A stretch of 64,000 bases of DNA from Podarcis filfolensis (taxonomy: Eukaryota): the NCBI GenBank assembly GCA_964270895.1, contig OZ185452.1; one strand, written 5' to 3'. The position numbers and the translations under genes were made by a program. Below are positions 49,701-59,957 of this stretch, piece after piece (within the stretch, counting starts at the first letter, position 1; each line of letters starts with the position of its first letter). The notes under the pieces are model-generated. The model saw only the letters and a program-made list of their open reading frames with translations, was not told the DNA's origin and ran no database searches.

Positions 49701-52700
49701 GATGCATTTTTCTCTACTGCCCAGGTGAGCATTCCTCAACAAGGACACATTACTGTTAATGTCACTGCTACAAATGTAATCCTAAACTATACAGTGGTAC
49801 CTCAGGTTAAGTACTTAATTCGTTCTGGAGGTTCGTACTTAACCTGAAACTGTTCTTAACCTGAAGCACCACTTTAGCTAATGGGGCCTCCTGCTGCCGC
49901 TGCGCCGCCAGAGCACGATTTCTGTTCTCATCCTGAAGCAAAGTTCTTAACCTGAAGCACTATTTCTGGGTTAGCGGAGTCTGTAACCTGAAGCGACACT
50001 TTATTGTTAATGCCACTGCTACAAATGTAATCCTAAACTATACCTACCTTCCAACCTGGTGCCTTCTAATTGTTTTGACTGCAATTCCCAACAGCCATGG
50101 CCAACAGAGTTGTGCTGGCAGGGAGTGATTGTATGTGTCTGTGTGTGGTTTTGCTAAACTTATATTCTATCCTTCCTCCCAAAGGAGCCCAGTAAACAAG
50201 CAAGCAAGCAAGCAATAAAACAATCAAACATTTTAAAAACCATTCCAGTACAGATGCAGACTGGGAAATATATCGGCTTAAAAGGCTTGTTGAAAGAGGA
50301 AGGTCTTCAGCAGGTACCAAAAAGGCAACAGAAGTGGCACATAATGTTTAAAGGGAGCAGATTCCAAAGGGCAGGTGCCAGAACCCTAAAGACCTGATTC
50401 TTACAATGTGTAGAATGAACCTCCTGCTAAGATGGCATCTGCAGAAGGCCCTCACCTCCAGAGCATAATCATTGACTGGGTATATAGAGGGTGAGATGAA
50501 CGTTCAGGTACCGTGGTCCCAAGGTCTAGAGGGTTTTATACAACAAAGCCAACACATTGAACATAGCCTAGTTTGTGGCTGAATCCATCTGGAGGGCACC
50601 ATGCTGGGGAAGGCTGCATTAAGCCACTGCTAAGATTGCAGAAGGTGGAAAGGAGTGCATAAGCCACATCCATTCCTGTGCCCTCAGCTGTGATGAAGAG
50701 ATTGCAGCAGTTTGTCTGTGCTAGAGTGGTTTTCAAAGAGACAAAGCTCAAATATCATTAATATAAAGACGAATGGTTGTTTTCTGGAGTTTGTGAATAG
50801 ACATGTGTGTAATAGGGGCCAAAGTAGTTAAGGAATCACTGTACTTTTTAACCATCATGTTGGCTGGGGCTAACAGGAGTTATAGTCCGAAAGGCAGAGG
50901 GCAACAGGTTGAGGAGAAGGCCACTATTAAGAGGTGACGAAAACATCTAGCATAGATGGCTTGATTCTTAGCCATGCTGTCAAATGGAAGGTTATACCAG
51001 CTGCACTTATACACTGCAGCCGACACACTAAAATGTCATGAAACACAGTTTGGAAAGCTCTGACTCAAGGTTTAACGTATTTGATCCCGGCTGTATTTTT
51101 GTATTTCATTCCATCTAACATCATGTGTGTTTATTCTATGACAAGGGAGGGGGACATGACCCTCCAGATGTGATTGGGAAGCTGCAACATGGGATTTGGA
51201 GTCTCCATCAGCTAGCTGGCATGGGCACTATTCAGGAATGATAGGTGTAGTCTAAAAATAGCGGGAGGTCTACAGACTCCCCCCTCCCCATTGCACTATG
51301 TGATAACGCTTATGCATGTGATAAAGCGGACTCAAGTTCTTAAAAGTTTATGTCATACTAACAACTGCAAATCCTTTAAGGTACCCCAAGCTTCTTTCTT
51401 GTTCAGATCAACATACTTGTCCAGAAAAAATTGTAAACTTTGGTTCAGATTTGCTAACAGCTGAAAAGATGGTTTAGATTGGACAGCAGTACTGGCTGTT
51501 TCGAGAAACACTGATTACCATATGATTGATTTCCTTGCAGGCCAGGTTGAAGGTGGCGCTTAGCGTCTCTGAACTGGAACTTTTTGTGCAAATGGTTCAA
51601 AATGCTCTCCACAAACTCAAACAGTTCACTCAGAAAATAAGCTTAAAGGGGGAAGCCGGGATGCAGCTGTCTGCAAGAGATTTTGCCTATGCTCTGGCAC
51701 GGATCTATGGAGGTAATGAAAAATGCTGTTAAATAATCACTTTGCCAGCTTACTACAGAATGATGTAGAATTCAGTGCAGTAGCACTGAATTCAGAGGGT
51801 AGCACCAAATCAGTGGACATCAAATAGATTTAAGTTACCAGCACAGAACTGAATTTATTGGAAAGCCAGCACATCAAGCTGGAATAGTTTATTTTTATTG
51901 AGGCAATTGTTTCTAAGAACATGTCTCGGAATTCTTCAAAGATGATGGATGCACAATCCCCTGTCTGTGTGAACTGCTGTCGTTTTAAGCAAGCAGGCTG
52001 CCAGTGATCAGTGTAGTTTCAGAGAAACCAATGGCCAGGTCACCTTTCCTTGCTGCTCCCAATCACTGCCATTATCTGTTCCACCACCTGTGACTACCTG
52101 ATCTATTGACTACTTCCTCATGCATAAACCCATCTGAAAACGTTATCTTCATTACCTTCTAGTTTAAATCCCATTTTTCAGTTTTTGCCTCTAGAATTAA
52201 ATTTGGCAAAGACAAAACACCCGGCAGGGGTGGGAAAGAGATGGCCCTAGATCTTTGGACTGCTGTTACTTTAGTGGCATTAGGTGTATACGGGGGTGGG
52301 GGGATAGTCACAGACTAGTCTGTATGCCACAAAGGCCCACCATGGGCCAGAATGACTCACGTATGACTGGCAGATCTCTGGCACAGGCATGGGGAACTTT
52401 TTTCAGTTAGAGGGTTGCATACCATTCAGGGAAATCTTTCAGGGACCACAGACCTGTGATGAGTAAGGCCAAAACCCAAAGTGGTGGAGAAATAAATGTA
52501 AATTTTACCTTTTACAATAGAGTAGCTTCTATGCACCCCTGTCCTCCAGCAAGCAGCATTATTGGAGCTCAAGGGAATACTCCAGCCAGCCTAAACAGGC
52601 AAATAGGATATGACAGAAGGGTGGTGAGGGGTGGGTCTAGGGAGACTCTTAAGGGCCAGGTTAAGTGGTGCTTGAGGGCCATATTTGACCCCTGAACCTG

Positions 52701-53707
52701 AGGTTTCCCCTCCCTGCTGTAGCAGAATAATGTTACTTAGACGATAGCTCAGTAATGTTAACCACCTATATTTGCTTTACATAGGAGTTCTCCTGCTGGA
52801 ATATGCTGCCAGGCCGAATGCATCAGCCACAGACATCTATACTGCTCAGAGGTATTAAATACGCTTAGTCCATACTCCAAAGCAATTTCTAAAATGGCAC
52901 AGACATATTCATATTTTTAACTGCTCAAGTAAGGGGGGCAGTCCTGGAATGCTGAAAGTCATTGCAGCTGTCAAGGCTGAAGAGAAACAGTTTAGATTGG
53001 ACAACCTCTCATACGGCTCTAGAGAGCCAGGCTGTATGCATGTAGGGAAGCGAGAGAGGGACATAATGAGAGGACAGAGCTGTGTGATATTGGTGGGAGG
53101 TGGTCAACTCTCACATAAGCATTTCAGAGTGGTCAGTCAAATCTATCCAGTAGGCTGCCCTGTGCTATTTGGTTTTCTAAAGGGACCACACGTGCCTTGT
53201 GATCATTAGGCTTCAGAACATAGGTGGCAGAGCAGATGGTCTCAAATCTCTTCACTAAATATAAATATTAAATGTTGATGCTTATGGCGAAAATATAGTA
53301 TATAGTTTCCAACATACATCAGGGCAGTTTCTTGCAAACCTTTAGCCAGGCGGGAAACCTATGGCCCACCATAAGTTGTTGAACTAGAACTCCCATCAGC
53401 CTTGATGATTGGCCATGCTGACTGAGGCTGATGGGAGATGTAGCTCAGCAACACCTGGAGGGCCAAGGGTTTACCACCTCTTCTTAATGAAGTTGGAGAA
53501 TCATTGATGGGTTTAAAGTTTAAAACCAGATTTCCAGTTTAAATCAGTTGTACACAAAGGGCTTTCTGCAACTCTTACAGATGGTGTCACCAAGACATGT
53601 GCCCTGTGGACAGTGAAGACAAAGCTGGGTCTTATAGCACTGGAGCAGCTTCTCTGGATACTTCCTTGGTTTATGACAAACACCCAGTTCTGAAAAGAAG
53701 ACTGTAA
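37620..53707 (+). CDS. AidB/ACDH-11-like acyl-CoA dehydrogenase, 14 exons, 601 aa (type often auto-annotated as acyl-CoA dehydrogenase family member 11-like)
   Basis: Exons 37620-37778, 38904-39136, 39665-39764, 40714-40831, 41651-41793, 42397-42546, 43544-43638, 44762-44861, 45659-45799, 47758-47850, 49617-49724, 51541-51712, 52785-52851, 53581-53707 sum to 1806 nt in phase, all GT-AG. Motifs: [68 protein letters not shown]. No APH kinase domain. Confidence 0.92.
38904..39136 (+). CDS. AidB-like ACAD exon 2 [16 protein letters not shown]...ERRYSNW
   Basis: Acceptor ttttactttgcag, donor gtacaa; [10 protein letters not shown] motif. Confidence 0.93.
39665..39764 (+). CDS. AidB-like ACAD exon 3 (S)[11 protein letters not shown]...[13 protein letters not shown]
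   Basis: Acceptor ctccttcacag, donor gtgaga. Confidence 0.92.
40280..40640 (+). mobile_element. LTR-like fragment with degraded acidic ORF
   Basis: Starts tgtcatggactgg...; purine-rich; in intron 3, not part of the ACAD reading frame. Confidence 0.45.
40714..40831 (+). CDS. AidB-like ACAD exon 4 SLGIPKPL...[16 protein letters not shown]
   Basis: FAD-binding MTE-x-x-GGSD motif; donor gtaagt. Confidence 0.93.
41651..41793 (+). CDS. AidB-like ACAD exon 5 (A)RGTETVA...[12 protein letters not shown]...GQIQQ
   Basis: G-x-KWF motif; acceptor tttcttgcag, donor gtcaga. Confidence 0.93.
42397..42546 (+). CDS. AidB-like ACAD exon 6 GSQGLSLF...[25 protein letters not shown]
   Basis: KLG-x-R motif; donor gtgagc. 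Confidence 0.93.
43544..43638 (+). CDS. AidB-like ACAD exon 7 [31 protein letters not shown](R)
   Basis: G-RGV...TRI motif; donor gtactg (altered by a MITE). Confidence 0.9.
43642..44005. mobile_element. Tc1/mariner-type MITE (CCGTATTTTTC family) inserted at the exon 7 donor
   Basis: TIRs ctgtatttttcg / caaaaaatacgg; TA at 43640-41 and 44006-07. Confidence 0.85.
44762..44861 (+). CDS. AidB-like ACAD exon 8 (R)[33 protein letters not shown]
   Basis: A-x-x-YA-x-x-R-x-AFGK motif; donor gtgagc. Confidence 0.93.
45659..45799 (+). CDS. AidB-like ACAD exon 9 VQARGAFLL...[15 protein letters not shown]
   Basis: RLLTP-x-x-K motif; donor CAA|gtagtg is weak but in phase. Confidence 0.88.
45842..47285. 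mobile_element. Tc1/mariner-type non-autonomous MITE carrying a minisatellite
   Basis: TIRs ccgtatttttcgcaccatagg / cctatggtgcgaaaaatacgg; TA duplications at 45840-41 and 47286-87. Confidence 0.88.
46040..47128. repeat. GC-rich minisatellite, 11 x 99 bp, two hairpins per unit
   Basis: Length 1089 = 11 x 99; ORF track shows a 33-aa period. Confidence 0.95.
47758..47850 (+). CDS. AidB-like ACAD exon 10 [31 protein letters not shown]
   Basis: GG-x-GY motif; donor gtatta. Confidence 0.93.
49617..49724 (+). CDS. AidB-like ACAD exon 11 [18 protein letters not shown]...FSTAQ
   Basis: IWEGT-x-N motif; donor gtgagc. Confidence 0.93.
49792..49996. mobile_element. Tigger/pogo-like MITE lacking its right TIR
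   Basis: Left TIR cagtggtacctc; reverse-orientation relative of 13994-14235. Confidence 0.85.
51541..51712 (+). CDS. AidB-like ACAD exon 12 ARLKVAL...[16 protein letters not shown]
   Basis: ARDFAY-x-LARI AidB C-terminal motif; donor gtaatg. Confidence 0.92.
52785..52851 (+). CDS. AidB-like ACAD exon 13 (G)[21 protein letters not shown](R)
   Basis: Acceptor tttgctttacatag, donor gtatta; phases 1/2 fit the neighbouring exons. Confidence 0.88.
53581..53707 (+). CDS. AidB-like ACAD last exon (R)[10 protein letters not shown]...HPVLKRRL*
   Basis: Acceptor actcttacag, in-phase TAA at 53705-53707, AATAAA at 53743 and about 53782. Confidence 0.85.
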
Positions 53708-54254
53708 GAAGGAATGCAGAAGAGATGCCATGCACTATCCTGGAATAAAGAAGTTAGTGGGGAGAGAGAAAGTTCTCATACAATAAAAAAAGGTATTGCT
53801 TACCCTGAAGTAAGCTGGCAGAGACTGAGTAAATAAAAGTAGAAATTTGAGAAACAAACAGCCTTTGTCACAAAACACTGCATTCAAGTGTGTGCATTCA
53901 ACTCTTTTCAGTTCTTCATTTTTAACAGCCATGAGGATATGGAAAGGCGTGTATGAGCCCAAGTCTGGATGCAATCCATGGCTGCAAGTCACAGTTGAAC
54001 AGATCCCCAAGTTACTCTTTGTGCCTCTACCTTAATGACATACAGGTATGTTATGACCACTCAGCATAATCAACTTCTAGCTCATTATGGAATACAAAGC
54101 AAACCTGACCTGTAAGGACAGTGGCATTGTGTCAAAAAGTTTGGAATGTGGCTCCTCCATTGGACACCTGCTTAGCTCCCAGTTACATTTCAGGTACACT
54201 TGTCAAGAAACACACAAAAAGATATTAACAGGGCTAAATGATATAGGTTACAAA

Positions 54255-54257
<3 letters not shown>

Positions 54258-54290
<33 letters not shown>
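54258..54290. repeat. (GT)n microsatellite; others: (TAA/TAG)n 15970-16003, (ATTTC)n 26398-26432, (CA)n(GA)n 27186-27226, (GT)n 59458-59492
   Basis: Read directly. Confidence 0.95.
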
Positions 54291-54293
<3 letters not shown>

Positions 54294-55409
54294 ATCCCAA
54301 CTAGTAAGTTCCGAAGGCCCTTTCTTTGCCCATATAACTGCTGCAAACCAAAAATACCCCATTTAAGCCCTAGGTACCTTTCCAATTTGCAAGCACTTAG
54401 GCTGCAACCCCAAAAGCTGTAGGTGGTTTCAGAAGAAAATCCATGGAATTAATTAGATGGAAAGCCATTTTATCCAGCCATATAGGTGTTAGCTGCTCCT
54501 AATGAACCACAAAGGAATCCAAGGAGCGGCAGCTCCAAGTAGCCTCAGCACACAGACCAAAGACTACAGGCCAAATGTTCATATCAAGTCTCACCCACTT
54601 GCAAAATGGTTTGCACAGGCACGTCTTTCCAGAGAGTGTGATGGAGCTCCCAGAGGGGATGACAGAGAAGGCTATAAACACTGAGATTCTTGCCAAAACA
54701 GATCAGATGAAAGAAAAGTGCTAGGAAGAACTCTAGTCTTATTGTGGGATACTTAGCTGGGCTGCTTACAGCGAGTAAGGAGAAAGAAATTTGTAGCAGA
54801 TTTATATGGTAAACTGGGAAATTTATATGGTTAGCTGGGAGCGCAGGAAAAGTCATTTAATGCTGTAGATCAGCGGTTCTCAAGCTGTCGGTCCCCAAAT
54901 GTTGGACTACAACTCCCATCATCCCTGAGCTCTGGCCTTGCTAGCTAGGGGTGATGGGAGTTGTAGTTCAACAACATCTGGGGACCCACAGGTTGAGAAA
55001 GGCTGCTGTAGATCTTACCTACTGCCTGCCACTGAGATAGTGAACACACCTCAAGCAGAATACCCAATTGGTGATGCAGTGTTCTCTTGTGTGAGTAATG
55101 AGGGATGTAGCTGTGTAGTACACCAGTGTCTCTCATAGCTCGTGCATTTGGTACAACACAGTGTGTACATATATATATATACATGAAAAGGTTTTGAAAG
55201 GTTTTTGACAGGAGGAGGGGCATCTCATACTAGTAAAACCCTCAAGCGGCCAACTTGCTTCCAAAGGCAAACAAGGCTGCTGCTGCCACCACCACCCTGC
55301 CCAAACCAGTGATAAGGAAAAAAGGGAAGACGTAGCAGCACATTTCTCCAGCTTACGGAAGGGTGGGGCAGTTAAAAAAGTAGGAAGTGGGTCAGCAAGT
55401 GCTCCCGTG

Positions 55410-57706
55410 CAAAACTCTAAACTTTATTCACTTTTATTTATATATTTAACAATTCTAAAGTATTTATGTCTTGCTCTTGGCAAAAGAAAATTGAAAAATA
55501 TAAAGGAGCAACTTTGCGCTCCTCTTCAGGGGAGAAGAGTATTATATATACACAGCTATCTGGCGCGAGTGTCCTGCTTTACATACAAAGAATAAAATAT
55601 TAATAAAAAAGTGCTTCATTGATCAAAAAGACTAAGAGCTGCAAGCGTTTATTCACACTGTACATCACAGACACGCTCCGCCAAAAAACCCGTATCAGAA
55701 CCTCTTGGCACCTGTCGTTATGAACTGCAGAATATTAGACCTTGTTTTCACCATCTATTTGTACCATTAAAACCACACTGCCACAGTGCGCAACACAATT
55801 ATGCTTTTCCTTCAAAAATCATCTCTCTATTCACCCACTTTAATGGATAAGTACAGATAAACTCCATTTACTCCATTGCAACTCCCACCTCTATTATAAA
55901 AAGAGTGCTATGCATTCTTGCTGCATACTCCCATAACATTTAATTTTATATTAAAAATCCAAAAGCCAAATTAGAGCCAGACTTTGTATTGCCTGTTCTC
56001 CCAGCTGGAAGAAAGGAGGAGTACAAAGTAGCTACGTACATCCCCAAGCTGCCTTAAAAGGTGCAAAGTCTCTTCCTATGCCTCTTGGAAACACTTGATT
56101 TTCATTCCCAAATGTTTCCCATGTATGACTGTGTTGTAATCAACACACACACCTTTTCACAGAGAACATGGAAAGAAAGAAAAGTTTGCTGACAGGGCTT
56201 TCTTCTATTGGGTATTCTAATACACTCGAAAACTTCACTTTAGAAGGCATTGCCCTATCTTGGCAATAGGTTACTTCTAACTTTGCAATCTCTTTTCGGA
56301 AGATTGGTTTGCTTATTACACCACTGCTGCTGGAGTCTCTTCTTCCTCCATGCTGCTCTTAATACACAGCCCCCCTTGGTATGGTTGGAGGGCTTTACTG
56401 GCAGTGCCACACATTCCCCACAGTTGCTGGCTTGGGTACAGTTGCCCACAGGGAGATCAGTGCTGCCTACGAACTTGTGCCATGAGGAAGACATCTCAAG
56501 CTGAGGCAGTTTCAAGCAGTGGCAGCCGTGTGATAAGGGAAACATGTTCAGTAGTCAAATTCTACAGGCTGGGGCAGAGGAAGATAGAGGCATGTCACTA
56601 CTCGGTGGAATATTTAGGCAGAAGCTGCTTCAGCTTCCCCTAGCAAATGAATTGCAGAAAAAAATGTATTTTCACGCCCACCAACCAAAACCTATAAGTG
56701 TTTTTTTGTTGGCAGGGTTGGGTTGGCAAGACAATATTAAAATAAAAATAGGAGGACTCAAAACTCTTCATAGCACAGCAGCAGAAAAGTGATTTTAATG
56801 TAAGGGGCACATTTTCGTTTTAGATGAGTTGTGTCTTTACATACATATCTTGGGGGGGGGCAGTTGTTAAAATGCCCTAATTTGGGGGCCTTGGCAAACC
56901 AGTTTTCACTGACTCTCCTGTGCAGAAAAAAACCCAATAAATCAAAGCCACCCTCCATTTGTTTTGGGGTTCTCCTTGTGAGAGGGGGAGCCTGGCCAAC
57001 AGTATTATTTGGCTTTGCATGCAGCCTTCCCAGTGCAGCGAAGCAGCTCTGCCTTCCGTGTAAACTATCTTTTTTTAAGAAGAAAAAAGTGGGGGCAAGG
57101 ATAGCATTTTAACAGCTAGTAATAAGCCCAAACACCAGTTCCTTCAAAACAAATTGCATGTACAAGAGTCTTACACTGAGGTGCCAGTTTAAAAGTACAA
57201 CCCTGAACAAGAATGGTCTGTCCAATCCCCCTTCCCTCTCACTTCCCTCAAACAAGCATACACTTTCTTTAGCCAAAGTGGTCCAGGCATTGCCTACCTT
57301 GAGCCACAAGTCTGCCAACATCGGCAAAGGACTGCCCAACGTGGAGATCTGCAACCCATTCCGCCGCCCCCTCCGCAGGTTGCTGTTGGGAAGCAACAGG
57401 AGTGACTGGGGAAAAAGAAAGCATAAGCACTGACGCTACAAGGTACTCACAAGGTCTCTGGACCGATTACCCTTCCTCTCACAGCAAGGTAGAATCATCC
57501 GTCTGCAGCACAGTTCTGACAGCAGGGCAACAGAAATGCCAGCGGGGAAGATTCCAGACCCTCTTCGTCGCCTTCCAGCAAAATCCACACAAAATTTACA
57601 TGAGGTGGATGAAAATGACACTGGGAGGAACAGCTGGAAGGGAGGGGTTTCTGCTCCACTAGTACAGGCCCAGCATCCTTCCATTCTGCCTTCCATTCTG
57701 CTCTGT
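55410..57706 (-). other. Orphan 3'UTR-like tract of a minus-strand gene (MTMR3 expected by synteny, not demonstrated)
   Basis: About 2.3 kb without recognisable TEs; minus-strand AATAAA at 55428-55423, 55438-55433 and 55653-55648; no coding exon recognised before the inversion breakpoint at 57707. Confidence 0.4.
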
Positions 57707-59455
57707 TCACTATGGTGCCCTGTAGGCTCAAAGCCCAGTGTGGTGGAACCAGCTGTGGTGCCATAGATCTGCCTCTGAGATAATGACCAAAAGGTTTTTC
57801 AGCACAGCTGGCTGATATGCATCACTTTGGATCTAAGCAGAGCCAGGATGCCACGTATGCACCAGTTTTGCTAACTTCCAATCTGGCCTTATTAGGGAAG
57901 GCCTTGGGGAACTGAGGAATATGTCTTATATAGAGTCAGACCATTAGCCTACCTCAGTATTAGTCTAGCAGCTCTCCAAGGTTTCTAAATAATAGTGTTG
58001 TGGATAGAGGTTTTGTTTTTTGGTAAGGGGAACATATGGGTAGGGCGTTTTACTTTGGTAGCAGCATTCCAGAAATGAACCTCCAACTTAGTCTAATTCA
58101 GAGCAATGCAATATAGTGATCTACCTGCTGAGCACTGACTTGTGATCTCACCTCTATTACTTTTGCTGCTCCATCAGTCATGGCCAGAGGAGCTGAAAAA
58201 GCACCAGAAGAAAGTGCGAAAAGGTACAGTTTTGCAATCTGATGAACGCGGCTGTGAAGGAGAAACAAAGCCTTGCTGAATTTAGAAATGCCAAGGGAAA
58301 AATATATTTGCTATAGGGAGATCTCAGCTGGATTATAGCTACACAAGAACACAAGAAGAGCTTGGCTAAAGGCCTATCAGGTTCAGCACTCTGTTCTCAC
58401 AGTGGCCAACCAGATGCCTCAATGAGAAGCTCACAAGCAGGACATGAGTACAACAACAGTCTTCCCACTTACAATTCCCACCAAATGGAGTTCAGAGGCA
58501 TACTGCCTTCAACAGTGGAGGCAGAACATAGCCATCATAGCTACTAGCCATTGATAGTAGCCTTACATGCATTGGCCTTGCTGTCTTGTAAAGCCATCCA
58601 AATCGGTGGCCAATCATTATTGCTGTGGGAGTTCTACCGTGGGAGTGCTTTCGTCTAGGAAAGTGTCACTATCCCCACTGTAGGGACATTTCATTTTGAA
58701 TGGCACTGGAGGTATATGGACATGTTCGCTGCCCTGAAGTGTGCAAAGTAAAAGAATGTGGGCAGATGGACAAGTACATACCGGTATGTATGTATGTATC
58801 TATGTATAAATAAAAAGTAAAATAAAATAATAAAATAAAATAAAAACATCACAGCAAGCAGAACATAAAACAAAGTATTGGGCTCCCTGTTTGACCTCAC
58901 CTGTCTCCTATACTGATCCTTTTAAACTGAGTATTATGTACTGCTGCTATTTGAAATGCGCTTATGTTATAAAGAATCAACCCAGCTGCCTGAACTTTTG
59001 GACTTTCCTCCAAAACATGGCTTGGGAGACTGTCTTGCACTTATAAAAGTTACTACTTAATAACTGCACATACATAATGACCCATACATAGTTCACTTTT
59101 CACCTGCTTCAACTAGTGAGGTTTGTTTTTAACTGTGGACAGCAGCTTGGGAACAGCGCAAACTGCTGGCTTTTTGCATAACTTTTAAGCAAAGAGCAAA
59201 CACCCATTTGACTTTTAAATCAGTGGAGGGCAAAATACTTTGCTGTAACACAGGGGAAGAGCATCGGCTTTGCAGACAAAAGGTCCCTAGTTCAGTCCCC
59301 AATGGTGGCTCCAGGTAGGGCTGGGAAAGGTTCCCTGTCCAAACCCCTGGAGAGCTGTTGCCAGTCAAATATACTGAGCTAGATAGGCCAATTGGTTTGA
59401 TTCAGTGGAAGGTACCTTCCTATTTAAGGTCAAATAACACAGGTGAGAGAACAGA

Positions 59456-59493
<38 letters not shown>

Positions 59494-59957
59494 ATTAAAT
59501 ATATATCTGTGTGTCTATGTATATAATATGATATATATAAAATACAGACCTCAGCTGGTAGCTGTGATTTCAAGTAATCCTGAAGAAAAGCATCTTCCAG
59601 ATATGGATTTCCAATCCTAGGCTGTTCTTGACAAAAGACCCCAATTTCTTTCCTGGCAAAAAGCTCTCTTGGGTGTTGTGAGGAGCATTTTTGATCCATG
59701 GCCTCCATTTGCTGATTCCAGCCTTTGGGAAACGTGATTGGCCTTTTGCCCCAAGCTTTGCACTTTTGATTCCCTGCTTGCCCTAAGCTTTGCAACCAAA
59801 CTTCGCAGTTTGACAGCTTCGGCTTGCAAGGCGTTCACATGGCCAACTTGCCAAAATAAATGAACAAATCAAAAGCCAAAAAGCAAACCAATAGCGGCCG
59901 AAGAAAGAACCTAGCGGGCGCGTTTGTTTCACCTTGAGCCACCTCCCCCTTCCAACA
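57707..59957 (-). pseudogene. Inverted AidB-like ACAD fragment: exon 1 (59708-59550), exon 2 deleted, exon 3 (58251-58152)
   Basis: Reverse complement matches 33255-33740, 38191-38902 and 39174-40209; exon 1 (phase 0) to exon 3 (phase 2) is out of frame. Confidence 0.9.

Noticed and set aside
37620-53707. Assigning gene symbol ACAD11
   Set aside because: It lacks the N-terminal APH/kinase-like domain and the UBA5/NPHP3 neighbourhood of true ACAD11; the motifs are AidB-class.
57298-57405. AG/GT-flanked 108-nt minus-strand segment as an MTMR3 or LIF coding exon
   Set aside because: None of its three open frames resembles MTMR3, LIF or OSM sequences I recall; it is kept only as a possible cryptic exon.
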